A stretch of 64,000 nt of DNA from the NCBI RefSeq assembly GCF_009834535.1, contig NC_045696.1, forward strand, positions 38,566,001 through 38,630,000, read 5' to 3'. A model generated the notes under the pieces. It saw only the letters and a list, made by a program, of their open reading frames with translations. It ran no database searches and was not told the DNA's origin. The position numbers and the translations under genes were made by a program. Of this stretch, positions 13,771-25,960 are shown one piece after another; the first letter of the stretch is position 1; each line of letters begins with the position of its first letter. This DNA is from Camelus ferus (Eukaryota).

Positions 13771-14330
13771 GTCTGGTTTTGGTATTAGGATAATCCTGGC
13801 TTAATAAGATGAACGGGGAAGTGTTTTTTCCTCTTCTGGAAGAAGAGGTCTTCTGAAGTCTCTGTGTAAAATTGTTGTTAGTTATTTAGTTTTTAGTGGA
13901 ATTCCCTAGTGAAACCATCTGGGCCTGGACAATTCTTAGAGAAATTTTAAATTATTAGTTCAACCCTTTTAATGATTAAAGAGCATTCAGATTGTCTGTT
14001 GCTTCTTGGCTGAGTTTTGGTAATTTGTGGTTTTTGAGAAATTCATAAATTTCTTCTATGTTGTTGATTTTCTAATTTTATTGCCTTTTTTCAAAGAACT
14101 GGATTTTTGCTTAAGTGATTTTCTCTATTGTTTTTCTATTTTCAATTTAACTGATTTTTGTACTTATCTTACTTCCTTTTGCATGCTTTGGTGTTTTGTT
14201 GCTCTTCTTTTGTAGTTCCCTGAGGGTGAAACTTAGACTATTGGTTTGAAACCTTTACTCATTTCTAATGTAAATATTTTGGTGCTATAAATTGTCCCCT
14301 TATCACTGCTTTAGTTGCATACCACATAAC
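11090..14330 (-). mobile_element. Old L1 (L1MC1/2-like 3' end plus decayed ORF2)
   Basis: L1MC-type 3' terminus in reverse (tagattcccatgcagttgtagg...tatcacagccaggatattgacatt). RT-domain remnant on minus: LLLPLLLNIVLEILVTAIKQQKE...VDDMIVYVKN (13166-13354). Confidence 0.88.
13697..13770. repeat. (TTTA)n microsatellite inside the L1
   Basis: About 18 tandem TTTA units, read directly. Confidence 0.95.
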
Positions 14331-15049
14331 ACCTGCCGATGATGTACCTAATCTCTAATTTATTATAAGGCAAATTTGCAAATTCTTTGAAGTCACTACT
14401 CTCAAAGGAAGATTTTCAAATAGTAAATGATATGTTTAAAGACCTAATTGACCTTACAAATATTTTCATTAGTTCCAGATGCCCATTATTTTGAGGTATG
14501 CTAAATTTTAATTGGTCATTCTATTTCTTTTCTTAATTATTCTCACTTTTTCCCTTTCTCCCCATTTCACTAGGCTAAAAGAATAAAAATAGAGTGAATT
14601 CTACTTTCACCATGCCAGTGTTTATACAGGAGTCATTTTTTTCAAGAAACAAAACTCAAGGGATATATAACAAAACAACATTTTTGTCATACTTTACTGG
14701 CTTTTAACACCTGTGCCATAAACTTTTCCCACCTATGGTAGAAAAGGGTGATGCTAACTTTCAGCAAGGACATGTATTTACTACTCTTGAACTATAATTG
14801 GGAAAAATGAGTCTGTCAACACTGAAAGCAATACCAATTTCATTTTAATAAGTATGAGAAACACAATATTCAAAAGGTAAATTTTATTAAAATAAAATAA
14901 AATTGAAAGGTTTAGCTAATAACCCAATAGATATATCACAGTCATCATGTTTATACCATGAGAATTTATCGGTTCACTCTTGGACCTTTGAGGAGGGCTT
15001 TGTTTCTTATGTATGAGTGTACTTCTTTGGTTGGGATAGCTTAACAATC

Positions 15050-15310
15050 TAATAACTAAGAGGACTTGTTGATGAGTTGGATAAAGGGAGTTTGTATCAG
15101 ATTAAAAGAGGAAAGAAACAAGGATGACTCAGAGATATTTGACTTGAGGAACTCAGTGAGTGAATGGTGTAGCCATTTACTAACATAGAGAAGACTGATA
15201 GAACAGTAGTTTTATTTTGGCCCTGCTAAATTTGACATAACTCTCAGATTTCTAAGTGAAGATGGATATATGAGTTTGGAACTCACTGGAAAGGAAAAAA
15301 CTTGGGAAGT
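15050..15310 (-). mobile_element. L2 fragment
   Basis: aggacttgttgatgagttggat...aaggatgactcagagatatttgacttgagg...gccatttactaacatagagaagactg is typical antisense L2. Confidence 0.6.
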
Positions 15311-16724
15311 ATGAGGAAATCACAAATTACAGCTGATTTTTTTTTCCCCCATGAATAAGTATAATCGATTATCCTTTGAAAGCCTATCCCTTGGGACCTT
15401 TTGCCCACATAGTCCTGCCACATTATGCAGTTCTACATGATTACCACAGACTGGATCTTATACCAACCAGAACCAACCTTTGTCATAATGGCAATGTGTG
15501 ATCATAGTAGGTATGCAATTAAATCTTGATGAATGAAGCCATGCACTATATTCTTTCTGTCACTAACATGATATTTATTGTACCTAAGATTAACTATTTG
15601 GCACCTGTGGAGTCTCTGGAATGCATCCGTACTCTAACCTGTCTCTGAATATCTACTCAGATCTTATACTACATTTTTGTTTATTTTGCTCTTGTATGAA
15701 CATCAAATATGTTCAGCTATGGCCTTGCCCAGAGGACACTAGACTTCTCTTCAACTCAAGCAAATTATTCTTTGAATCTCAGAAATGAAAATGCTGCCAA
15801 ACCCATTATAGCTGACTCCACATATCATCACAACCTAGAAACTCTAAAGGCCTTGCAGATATGTACTGTATCACGTAATTGAGATTGTTGTCACTTGCCC
15901 AGGTTGTAACTTTATCATGCCACTTTGGATTTTGTGGTTTGTGGTCCTGGTGTTTGCTGTGCTACTTATCCCCTAAAGTCTGCCATGGTCAGTATTGTTT
16001 GGTTGCAAGTTAAAGAAATGCAAAAAAAGGGTAGGCAAGACTTAATGGAAGGGCATACACTTCACATATCAGAAGCCTTGCCACAGGAACCAAGTCCTCT
16101 CTAGGGATCTCAGTGATTGGAACCAGAAATACAATTGTTACTAGGATTGTCTCTCAAATTCTGGCTCTTTTGTCTTTCTCCACCCATTCTTTGCTACTGC
16201 ATAAAGGTTCTTTTCCAAGAGGTTGGAAACATGACTATAATGATCTATCCTGAAATCATCTCTGCTTAATAATATGAGAAAGGAGATGGATGGCCCCTTA
16301 TTATCTTCACTGAATTAATAATCTGTGATTGTTGTGACTTGGATAACATACCCACTTCTAGACCATTCACTTAATGAAAGGAATGGAGTGTTGTGATGGG
16401 CAGTCCTACCAAAATGACATGGAGTGTGGAGGAAGCTATAGGGTATGGGAATGGGAGCAGGTATACTGGGCAGATACAAACAAAAGATACTTCTCAATGG
16501 TCCCAACGTGCTTCATGACTGAACCCTTACAGGGGTCCAGCACTTAGATTATCACAGATTGCATTGGCCTGATGTCACTTTGACCTCTCAGGCCTCCATC
16601 TTTTCTTTACTCCTTCCTATTCTCTTCTTTAAAGTCCTTTTTACCTCATCCTAGAAAGAAGAGAATTAATAGTATCTGAGCAGCCCCTCTATCATGTGAT
16701 ATTTCACAATGGAAATAGACTGAA

Positions 16725-16925
16725 GTATTTAACAACACAGGCTTTGGGGTCAGATTAATATGAATTTATATCCTGACTCTGCCACTTACTCTCTTGATTA
16801 CCTCAGACAAGTTACCTCATATCTGCAAAACAGGGATGCTAATACCTAACTGAGGGTAACTGTTAGGATTAAAATAAATAATAAGGGCTTTTCACAGGGC
16901 TTAGGACAAAGTCAAATGTGTATTG
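16725..16925 (+). mobile_element. MIR SINE
   Basis: ggctttggggtcaga...tcctgactctgccacttact...gacaagttacctc...tctgcaaaacagggatgctaatacctaac. Confidence 0.8.
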
Positions 16926-17614
16926 CTATGGGCCCAAGTCACAAGACAGTAGAAGAAACAACACGTATTGCAGGGGAAAATAGCAGTTCACAGCTAGCTC
17001 CTGGACACCCCAAAGCTCACAAACCTGCCCCGACAGAAGCAGCCAACATTCTGAACTGAGTGATAAGGGCTGTAAGGTTGACAGATGGCCTTCACTGATG
17101 CCACAGAAGGGTTGACAACAGAATGGAGCTCTGGTAGCTTAGCCTCCCTTGAGCTGTTTAAGAACCAAACCTCTTTTGTGCCAAGGAAAGTCACTGTCTG
17201 GGCCAGAGCCAGCTGGCTTGTCACAGGGCTTAGGGTCTGTGTGAAACAGTGATAACCAAAATATTTTCTCCATATAAAATTTTTAAATAGATTAAAAAAA
17301 TTTATGAGATGGATATTTATAGTCTATAAGGGGCAAGTGCTACAAAAGATAAGACTTTTGCTCCAAAGAATGTAGCATGAAGGATTTCAGTTAAACATTG
17401 AAGAGTTTTCCAAAGGTGAAAACTGTTATTCAGGCAGTTCCTGCCCAAACGTTTTTTTGTATCTATAGGTGGTCTCTGTCGTTCTTGTACTCCCACACCC
17501 ACCCATATTAGGAGACATCACTGTCACCATTGGTGGCACTCTGTCAGTTGGGATATGAACAGGTAGGAATCCAACTAAGTGACAAGCTGGGTGGGTGGGG
17601 AGAGAGAGAGATTT

Positions 17615-18415
17615 GGTTTATACAAGATTTCAGTGCAGTCATCAAGGACTCATATCCTTTCTCTTCACCTGATATCCTCAGCTTGTCAGCTTTTGCCCTC
17701 AGGCTTTTCCCTTCATGAACTCAAAATAACTGCAGAAACTCCAGTCATCAAGTTTTCACAGAGCTATGTCCAAAGCCTGCAAAGAGAAAATGGGTGTTTT
17801 CCTTATGTCTTAGTTTCCTGGGGCTACCATAACAAACTACCATAAACCAGGTAGCTTAAGCAGAAGACATTTGTTTTCTCACAATTTTGGAGGCTAGAAA
17901 TCCATTGATTGATTAACAACCAGCAAAGTTGTTTTCTGGTGAGGGTTCTCTTCCTCATTTGTAGTCAGCCACCTTCTTGCCTTCTCACATGGCCTTTCCT
18001 CTGCATTAGTGTGGAGAGAAAGGTCTGGCGACTCTTCCTTTTCCTACTGGATTAAAGCCACACCCTTATGAGTTCACTTCACTTTTACTACCTTCTTACA
18101 GGCTCTCTTTCCAAGTACAGTCACTTTGGGATCTGGGCCTCAACATATGAATTTGGGGGCAGCGCATTGCCATTCATAAAACCTTACCCATGTCCCTTTT
18201 AAACTGTGAGAAAAATCTTTCCTAGAAGCCCTGAGTCAACTTCTCCTCAATTAAGTCCCTTGTTGGCAAGGGGAATAAAATTACCATGACTGTTTACCTG
18301 ACTGAGCCAGAGTGGTCCCGGCCTCTCCTAATACCCAAGGAGTGAATGAAATATGACTTTGTTAACAAGTAAGAAGGAGAAAATGCCTGTGTGGAGGTAA
18401 CCAACAGCAGTGAAC
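17615..18415 (-). mobile_element. Older MaLR LTR (MLT1I/J-like) interrupted by a younger MLT1A-like LTR
   Basis: cagtcatcaaggactcatatcctttc...aaaataactgcagaaactccagtcatc on the left. ctttcctagaagccc...ggcaaggggaataaaattaccatgactg on the right. Confidence 0.55.
17806..18181 (-). mobile_element. MaLR solo LTR (MLT1A-like), full length
   Basis: Begins tgtcttagtttcctggggctaccataacaaactacc and ends caacatatgaatttggggg...cattcataaaa. 5-bp TSD CCTTA at 17801-17805 and 18182-18186. Confidence 0.88.
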
Positions 18416-18726
18416 ACAGTGGCTGTCATAAAAACACTTGGGACTTTAAGAGGTTCTGTGCATTTAAAATTAAAAGCAAGGAAAGTCTTGAGGAAAAAGA
18501 AAACAATTTAAAAGCTCTGGCTCAACAACTGGAGACTTGTCATGCTACGGCGGTGTGCTTTCAGTCAAAAATATTAATATTTTCTCCCTCACTACCTGAT
18601 TTTAATATATAGTAAATTTAATACGTATTTATTTAAAATTAAATATTTATTTTTCTCAATTTCTTTGACTTGGCTTGATGATATAGCAATTAAAATTAAT
18701 TTTAAAAGACATCTGTTTTCTTTCCC

Positions 18727-19072
18727 TAGATCAGATTGTGGTTTCCAGAGTTAGGGGATGGAAAGAGGAATGACTGGATGAAGGCAGTCAAAAAGTACAG
18801 ATTTCCACCTATAAGTGGATAAGTACAAGAGACGATAAATATAGTTAACACTTTTGTGTGTTATACATTAAAGTATAACAATCTTAAGAGTTCTCATCAC
18901 AAGGAAAACATGTTTTCCTGTTTCTTTGATATGTATCTATAGGAGATGATGGACGTTCACTAAACCTGTTGTGATAATCACTTTGTGAGGTATGCAAGTC
19001 AAATCATTATGCTGTACACCTTAAACTCATATAGTGCTATATGTCAATTATATCTTAATAGAACTGGAAGAA
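18727..19072 (+). mobile_element. 5'-truncated L1 3'UTR (L1MA-like)
   Basis: ttaagagttctcatcacaagg...cattatgctgtacaccttaaac...gtcaattatatcttaata. Probable TSD aaaagacatctgttttctttccc (18704-18726) / aaaagacatttattttctttgcc (19073-19095), 3 mismatches. Confidence 0.82.
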
Positions 19073-19544
19073 AAAAGACATTTATTTTCTTTGCCAAATT
19101 ATCTTCTTATGTTTCATGCCTTCATATATTTGTATAAATTCAATAAAACCAACTTCCTCAGATACATTACTGGGAAAAAATTTACTAGCAGATTTCCATT
19201 TGAGGAGAGGGTGAAACAGGAGGCAGTTGTGAAGAATGAACCATTGTAGGACAAAAAATATAGACTTACATGAAGGACACATATTGGAGTTGAAGACATC
19301 AAAAGTGGTCCAAGAGTTTGGGAAGATAGAGAGGGAGCTGCAGGATACAGAGAGAAATAAGAAAAGAAATGGCTACAAAGATAACATGGCTCTTTCAAAA
19401 AATTGCCTACAATTAAAGAGCAGAGAAGTCTATTTTTTCCCCTTCTACTTCCTAATCCATATAGTCCTATGTTCACAGAATCAGAACTCAGAGCAAGTGT
19501 AGTTTATAAGTGTTTTTTAAATAAAATCTTACCTCTGATCCTCA

Positions 19545-20385
19545 CTTTTTAAAAAATTGAGATATAATTTACATACGGTAAAATTAATCCTTTTTAATTT
19601 TGCAGCTTTGGTGAGTCTTGAGCAACGTATATTGTTGTATAATGACTACCACAATCAAGATACAGAACACTGTTGTCAACTCAAACAAATTCCCTCATGC
19701 CCCTGTGCAGCTGACCTCCTTTCTCAACTCCAGCCTTGGCAACCAATGTTCTGATTTCTGTCTCTGTGGTTTTGCCTTTTCCACAATGTCATACAAAGGG
19801 AGTTAGGAATATATAGCCTTTTAAGTCTGACTATAATGCCTTTGTGATTCATCCAAGTTGTTGCAGGTATCGGTAGTTTGTTTCTTTTTTTTCTTTTTTA
19901 ACGTTTTTTATTGATTTATAATCATTTTACAATGTTGTGTCAAACTTTGTTTCTTTTTATTGCTGAGTAGTATTGTGTTGAATGGATTTCCTACAATTTG
20001 TTTACTCATTAACAAGTTAATGAAATTTGTTGTGTTTCCCCTAATATTGGGCTAGTTTGAATAATATTATTTAAAATGTGAATAATAAAACTTCCAAATA
20101 CAGTATTTATATATAGGTTCTCAATTCACTTAGGTAAATGTCTAGAAGTGGAATTGCTGGATCATATGCTAAGTGTGTATTTAACTTTATAAGAAACTAC
20201 CAAGTTGTTTCACAGAGTAGCTTTATCATTTGAAATTCTCATCAGTAGTCTATGAGAATTCCAGTTCCTCCATGCCATTGTCAGCACAGGTATTGTCTTT
20301 TTTAAATTTTAGTCATTCTAATAGGTGTTTATGGTCTTAATTTGCTTTCCCTAATGACTAATCATGTCATATAGGCCTTTTTAAA
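19545..20385 (-). mobile_element. Old L1 3' end (L1MB/ME-like)
   Basis: ttgagatataatttacatac...accacaatcaagatacagaaca...agaagtggaattgctggatcatatg...ttagtcattctaataggtg. Confidence 0.82.
19890..19945 (-). mobile_element. Extremely 5'-truncated (~56 nt) young L1 insertion, same family as 8069-9565
   Basis: Reverse complement reads tttgacacaacattgtaaaatgattataaatcaataaaaaacgttaaaaaag, matching 9460-9510. Perfect 13-bp TSD TTTGTTTCTTTTT at 19877-19889 and 19946-19958. Confidence 0.85.
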
Positions 20386-21699
20386 ATTAGCTTGGAAAGA
20401 ATATCATGGATTCTACAGGAGAGAAAGGGGGAAAGAGAAGAAGAAAGAAGGAAGGAAGGGAGGGAGAGGGAGAAAGGAGAAAAAAAAGGATTGGATTTTT
20501 GTGTTTGCCAAATGGTAAGCTTGGGGTAAATGTTCGAAATCTAAGCAAAAATATAAATTCTGGATTGTTTACTTCAGGGAAGTCAAATAGAATAGTAAGG
20601 AAATACAAGTAGGAATTCTCAATGAGGAAGAAAAATTCGGAACATGAATACTATTAGTAAAATATTTCACTTGTACATAAATCAAGGATATGTCAAAATA
20701 AAGTGAGGCAAATAGAGGTATGTACTGAATGTAATTAGCATAAATTTTGAATGTGGCACTTTGAAACAGGGTCAAAGCAAACTGCTTAGAAATTGGCGTC
20801 GCGAATGCAATCAGGGCATAGTCGAGGAGTCAGAGGAGCACAAGAATGATTCCATTCTGATATGAGATGACTTTTCTAAGAATCTTACTCCTGCCTCTTA
20901 TCTCTGGTGCTTTAACATCTGACGTGAATAAGCACTCCATAAATGAATGAATGAGAGGCTGATGACAAGGCAAGTCTTCTATTTGGGTTTAAGTGGACCC
21001 AGAAATATGAGGGAGTTCCACAGAATTCACCTACAGTTTATTGATCTCAAATATGCTGTGTTATTAGTGCTTAATCAGGTATTGACTAGATGGCATTTCC
21101 CTATGAGTATATCAAGTTAATAATGTTCAAGACCTATTTTGTGCTTAGCGATAAATCCTGATTTCCTCAAAAATATATAAACACATGGCATAGTATTTGC
21201 CCACAAAGTATTTATAACTTAATTGGGTTTTTAAAAAATGCAAGGCTCGTTAATACTGATGGATCTTTTTAGTAGCTATAGCTGCTTGAAATTTTGAGTA
21301 ACTGAATGAAAAATGAATGTTACGCTTTTCAAAGTATTGATGGATTTTATTGATACCCCAGTACCCACTAGCATTGTAAAAGCAAGTCATAATCTTTCTC
21401 AAGATTATGTTGAAGAAACCCTTGCAAGCTTTTTATTAATTAAATCTTACCCCTATTATAACATATTCTCCCAGTTCTCTCTTCTTTTCTTATAAAATTC
21501 CATATCATTTTATGGGTAACTAGTAAAACTTCTGATATTTTTATTTTCTTCCCCTCTAAGGGAGGATGGGTCTCCTATCTCTTTTTTTACCCTGCATATT
21601 CCACTTTAGCTAATCAGTTGTAATCTCTTTCATGTCCCTGTATTCTTCCTTTCAAAGTCTGCAGTTGTATGTTACAATTTTATTCCTCTTAGCAGTACA

Positions 21700-22075
21700 G
21701 GTATGATATGGTGGTCCCATATTGTTAAGGATCCAGGCTTCTTTTCTAGTCACTATCTCATCCTCAAAACTTCCATCTCAGGGTCCAAAATTGCTTCTTC
21801 AGCTCCTACTATCACATCCTCTTTCATGAATTAGAGGAAAAGGAAGAAAAGTCCATAGGGCATATGCCTTTATTTTGCAAGCATGACCCATTTTGCATTC
21901 ATCGATTCTGTTCATATTTCTTTGGCTCAGACCTAGTCACATAGCTGTATACAGCTTCAAAGGAGGCTAGATAATGTAGTCTTTAGCTAGGACACAGAAT
22001 GTCTATCTTATATTTTTATTATTACTGAAAAGAAGAAGAGTAGTAATTGGAGGGAAAACCAGTGGTCTCTGCAAT
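21700..22075 (-). mobile_element. MaLR LTR (MLT1J-like)
   Basis: aaggatccaggcttctttt...tttggctcagacctagtcacatagct...aaggaggctagataatgtagtcttt. Confidence 0.65.
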
Positions 22076-23049
22076 ATATTAACCTGCTGTATGAAAAAAA
22101 AAAACTTCCATCTTTAAAACTTCCTCTTCCCTTTCTTGGAGATTCAAGTCATCACAAAATCTTACAGTTCTTACCACCTCACTTTACTTTCTTGTCTTTT
22201 CATGATTTCAAACACCCAGTTTAGTCCAATTAATTTCTGCCTGGACCCATAAAATATCCTCATAATTTGTTTCCCTAGATATAGCGCTTTGGCCTCTCTA
22301 TAATCAGTTCTCTGTTTTTAAGGAGCATTACATTTTAAAATTTTGGATATGTTCATTATCAATTGATACTGATTTTTCTTAGATAAGGTAAAATGTATTT
22401 GCTTCTAGGGTAAAAACTGTCTCTTGTTCATTATTACATCTCCAGTGCCTATTAGGAATTCAGTGTACAAAAATGTTACCAAAAAATTATTCAGTGAATA
22501 ATTTGATTTTTTTTACTTTGGGGGTCAGGGAAGAACTATGTATTCCCACAGTAATTCTGGGAAGGTTAATATGGTATACAAAAGTGGCTCAAAGTTACCA
22601 ATGGAAATGACTATGAGGTTACTTCTACTAAGTTCTCATTCTAGAAACAAATGTTTGTAAAGGAAAAGGGTTGTGATTAAACAAGTCAAGTTTATAGACT
22701 GGAGTAAATTCTTAGAGAAAGTACAGTTGTTAGTCATTGCCTTTGAGGAGCTTCAGTGTATGGCAACTTCCTTGCTAAAATTTAGCATGCTTTTATGAAG
22801 TATTTTATCAACTAAAGGCTCTTTCCATAAACTTCAGTATTTCTGAAATGAATTTGTATGGCAAGTACATGTTTCTCACTTAAGAGTTGAATTAAAATTT
22901 GAATCTCTTTAAGAGCCTCTATCAAGACCTGGTATCTTTGATTAAAGAAGCAGCAAGTTACAAACATCTACCTACAGTTAATCACTCTATTGTCTTACCT
23001 AATTTTCTGAAACTTTGCAAAACTACTATTCTTTGTTTAATGCACTGAT

Positions 23050-23195
23050 AAACTTTTTTTAACACCTGTATTGTGGTATGATTCTTGTACAGTAAACTAT
23101 ACATATTTCAGATGTACAATTTGATGAATTTTGATACATGTATACACCAATGAAACCATCACCACAATCAAGATAGCTAACATTTCCATCACTTT
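23050..23195 (-). mobile_element. Old L1 3'-terminal fragment
   Basis: tgtacaatttgatgaattttgatacatgtatacaccaatgaaaccatcaccacaatcaagatag. Confidence 0.7.
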
Positions 23196-24781
23196 TTAAA
23201 CTTTAATTTTTGAACAATCATATTTTTGTGTTTGTGTATGAAAGGAAATTATTTTACATACACTTCTATGCTAATGTTAAAAAGTAAAATTGTATGAAAA
23301 TGACAATGTAGTATATAGTATATAATATGATTCCTTATAAGGAATGGAATGTCATAAGCCAAATTTTTTTCCTAAAATTCTAAATTTATCCTCAGAAGAT
23401 ATAAATCTTATAATAAAAATTACCCTGATATTGTATTGCAAATTCAGTTGACTGTGGTATCCATATACTAACTTTGGTCTAATTATTTGATTTTATAATT
23501 TTTTTGATCTAACTTCAACGTTTAAGACCAAGTGAATGTGCATGCATATTAAAACTTGGCAGAAATAACTATTAGAGATTTCTAGATTTAATCTTATTTT
23601 CTTCCAAATTATATTTAAAACAGGTTTAATTTCTCATGTGAAGTGCAGTGGATTTTTTTTTTAATTAAGTAGTAATTCTTTCAGTTCACTTGAGAATCAT
23701 TCTGTAAAAGGTAATTTATCATTATCTATTCAAAAAGCATTTATTATGCAACTAATTGTGCATAACTGGGCTAGGTGAGCACAAAGATAGTTACATAAAT
23801 GTAATTTATGAAATTACATAAATACAGGAAACTAAAAGAGTTAGATAAAATGCTAAATATATTAATATCAGCAAAGTATTTTACTGTGCACTGATCAAAG
23901 ATATACCCATTAAGTTTATCAGAAGTTAGGTAATAGAGCCAGAGAGTCTGGAAGCACACATGATTGGGATGGAATCAGATAGTAGTCATAGGTATTTTCT
24001 TTCTGTGATGGAAGAGTATTAATAAAAGTGATGGAGTGGACCTGGCAGTCCTTTTCAAATTTAGTTACAATGGTAATATAATTTTAACAATAGACAATTA
24101 TAAGAAATAATTAAAATACCATAACAAATGAGTTGAACTTTTCAGTAGGCTTTTTTGGGTACTTCCCTAACTACAGTGCTTTTATACTGCCTATAAAAAT
24201 AGTTTATATATCCTAACATTTATTTTGTACTTATCTGAATATTGAAGCCTATTTCCTATCACTGCTTCATGTAGTCTTAAAATTGATATTGGTGTAAGTT
24301 TCCATGCATTATTAAAATACTCCTTCAATTTATTGGATATCAAAATTCCATTTTACTCATATAAAAGTTTTTAATAAAAGTGAGGAATATTACCTTCAGA
24401 CTTGGTCTTTGAATAGGATTTCCAGTTTTAAAAGCATTAAAGGTCCATTATATGAAATGAAAAGAATCAAAGTTCAGGCCCATGACAAAGCTTTTGAGTA
24501 AAGCTAACTTCAAGTGTGTGAGTAATGCTTTGACAATTATAGTCACCAGGTATACTTATTTTTCTTTTCAAGCTAATCTACAATCCCTCACACATGCCAT
24601 AGTCAGCATCATCAACCAGTATTTACGATGGCAGAAATACAGAGCATTGTGCAAAACAATAGCAAGTCAATGTGATATATCTTACCCAAGGTATATACAG
24701 TTTTATATATGCATTCCCCTTGTGGTTTGGAGTTTTATAAAAAGAAAGGCATAATGAGTCATGGAGAGACAGCATAAAAAT

Positions 24782-25480
24782 TGTGGCAGACACAATTGCT
24801 TGCCTACCACAAAGCATCCTTTTTTCTTCCCGTTCTAAATACAATTTTGTTCAGGCAATAATGTGCCCGTCCCCAAGGGAAGGTACACTTTTGCCTAAAC
24901 TTGTGCTTTTAATGAAACTTTTGAAACAGAAAGTCCTGATCAAGTTTAACTCTTTGACGTTAACATTGTGTGTACTATTCTTGGCCCCCACAATTCAAGT
25001 TCAGCTTTATGTCCCAGGCTCAGTGACAATTTTTTAAAAAGTCCTCTCAAAGTTTTCCAAATACCCCTTAGAGAGTTGTACCAATCTAGTTGAGAAACAA
25101 TAGTTCAAATTAATCATGATAATCCTGCCATCTGCCTGTTTTTGGCCCAGGAGCAGCCATGTGACCAAGTTCTCAGTGATGTGATGTTGAAGTAGTTTTA
25201 ATGGATTGCCTCTGGGAAATTTTTTGCTTACTGATCAAAACGTAGCGTTAGGGAAAGACTTTTGCCTTTTCTCTTCTACCCTTCTAGCTTTGGATTACAT
25301 TGAGAGAGGGTGGGATATTTAGCAGCAGTCTTATTTTGAAGCAAAAAGCCTGAGTATAAAAGGTCTTCATACTGAGAATGGTGAAGCAGACAGATAAAAA
25401 TCCCTAAGCCCTTGAAGACATTGTTGAACTGGTGAAACATGCTAGAAGGATAAGTAAAGGTTTTTATTACTCAAGACTTA
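24782..25480 (+). mobile_element. Degenerate MaLR LTR (MLT1J/K-like), apparently interrupted at ~24885-25105
   Basis: Start tgtggcagacacaattgcttgcctacc...ttttgttcaggcaataatgtgccc. Resumes ggagcagccatgtgaccaagttctc...gacattgttgaactg. Confidence 0.55.
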
Positions 25481-25804
25481 ATTAGCCAAGTAGTCCATTA
25501 CTACAGATTGACACAATGCAGAGCAGTTGAAAAGACCTACCCGATACATTTTTTATATTAAATCTTTTCTTATATAATTCATATTTAGATTATTTTACAA
25601 ATATAGTGACTCTAAGAAAAGTATTGTAGAAAGTCTGCAATAAAAAGGAAGTAAATTAAAACTATTTCTTTTAATGTTTTGTGAAAATATTATTTTTGTA
25701 CACAGTGGGTACACCTTAAAGAACATCACAGAGGACACTTCAGCACACACCCAGTCTAGTTCCCGTCATGTGCTTCATCTTTTACTGTAACAGCCTGTTC
25801 AAGT

Positions 25805-25960
25805 GGTACAGCTTCAGCCTGAACACTTCCATGATGTAGAACTTAACAACCTCCAAGGCATTCCATTTCATTTTTGGACAGCTGTCATCATTAGCAAATG
25901 TGCCACAGTCCATTCCAAATATGGCTCCCTGTTGTTTCCCGTACATTAGTTCTGTGCTTA
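25805..25960 (-). mobile_element. CR1/L3 LINE fragment
   Basis: cctgaacacttccatgatgtagaacttaacaacctccaaggcattccatttcatttttggacagctg matches the L3 3' region in reverse. Confidence 0.65.

Noticed and set aside
18391..18612. ORF with coiled-coil-like stretch KESLEEKENNLKALAQQLE
   Set aside because: Non-ATG start, no convincing splice sites and no family I recognise. Explained by A-rich composition.
19114..19502. 120-aa and 88-aa overlapping ORFs
   Set aside because: Purine-rich sequence resembling antisense L2. The peptides have no recognisable homology.
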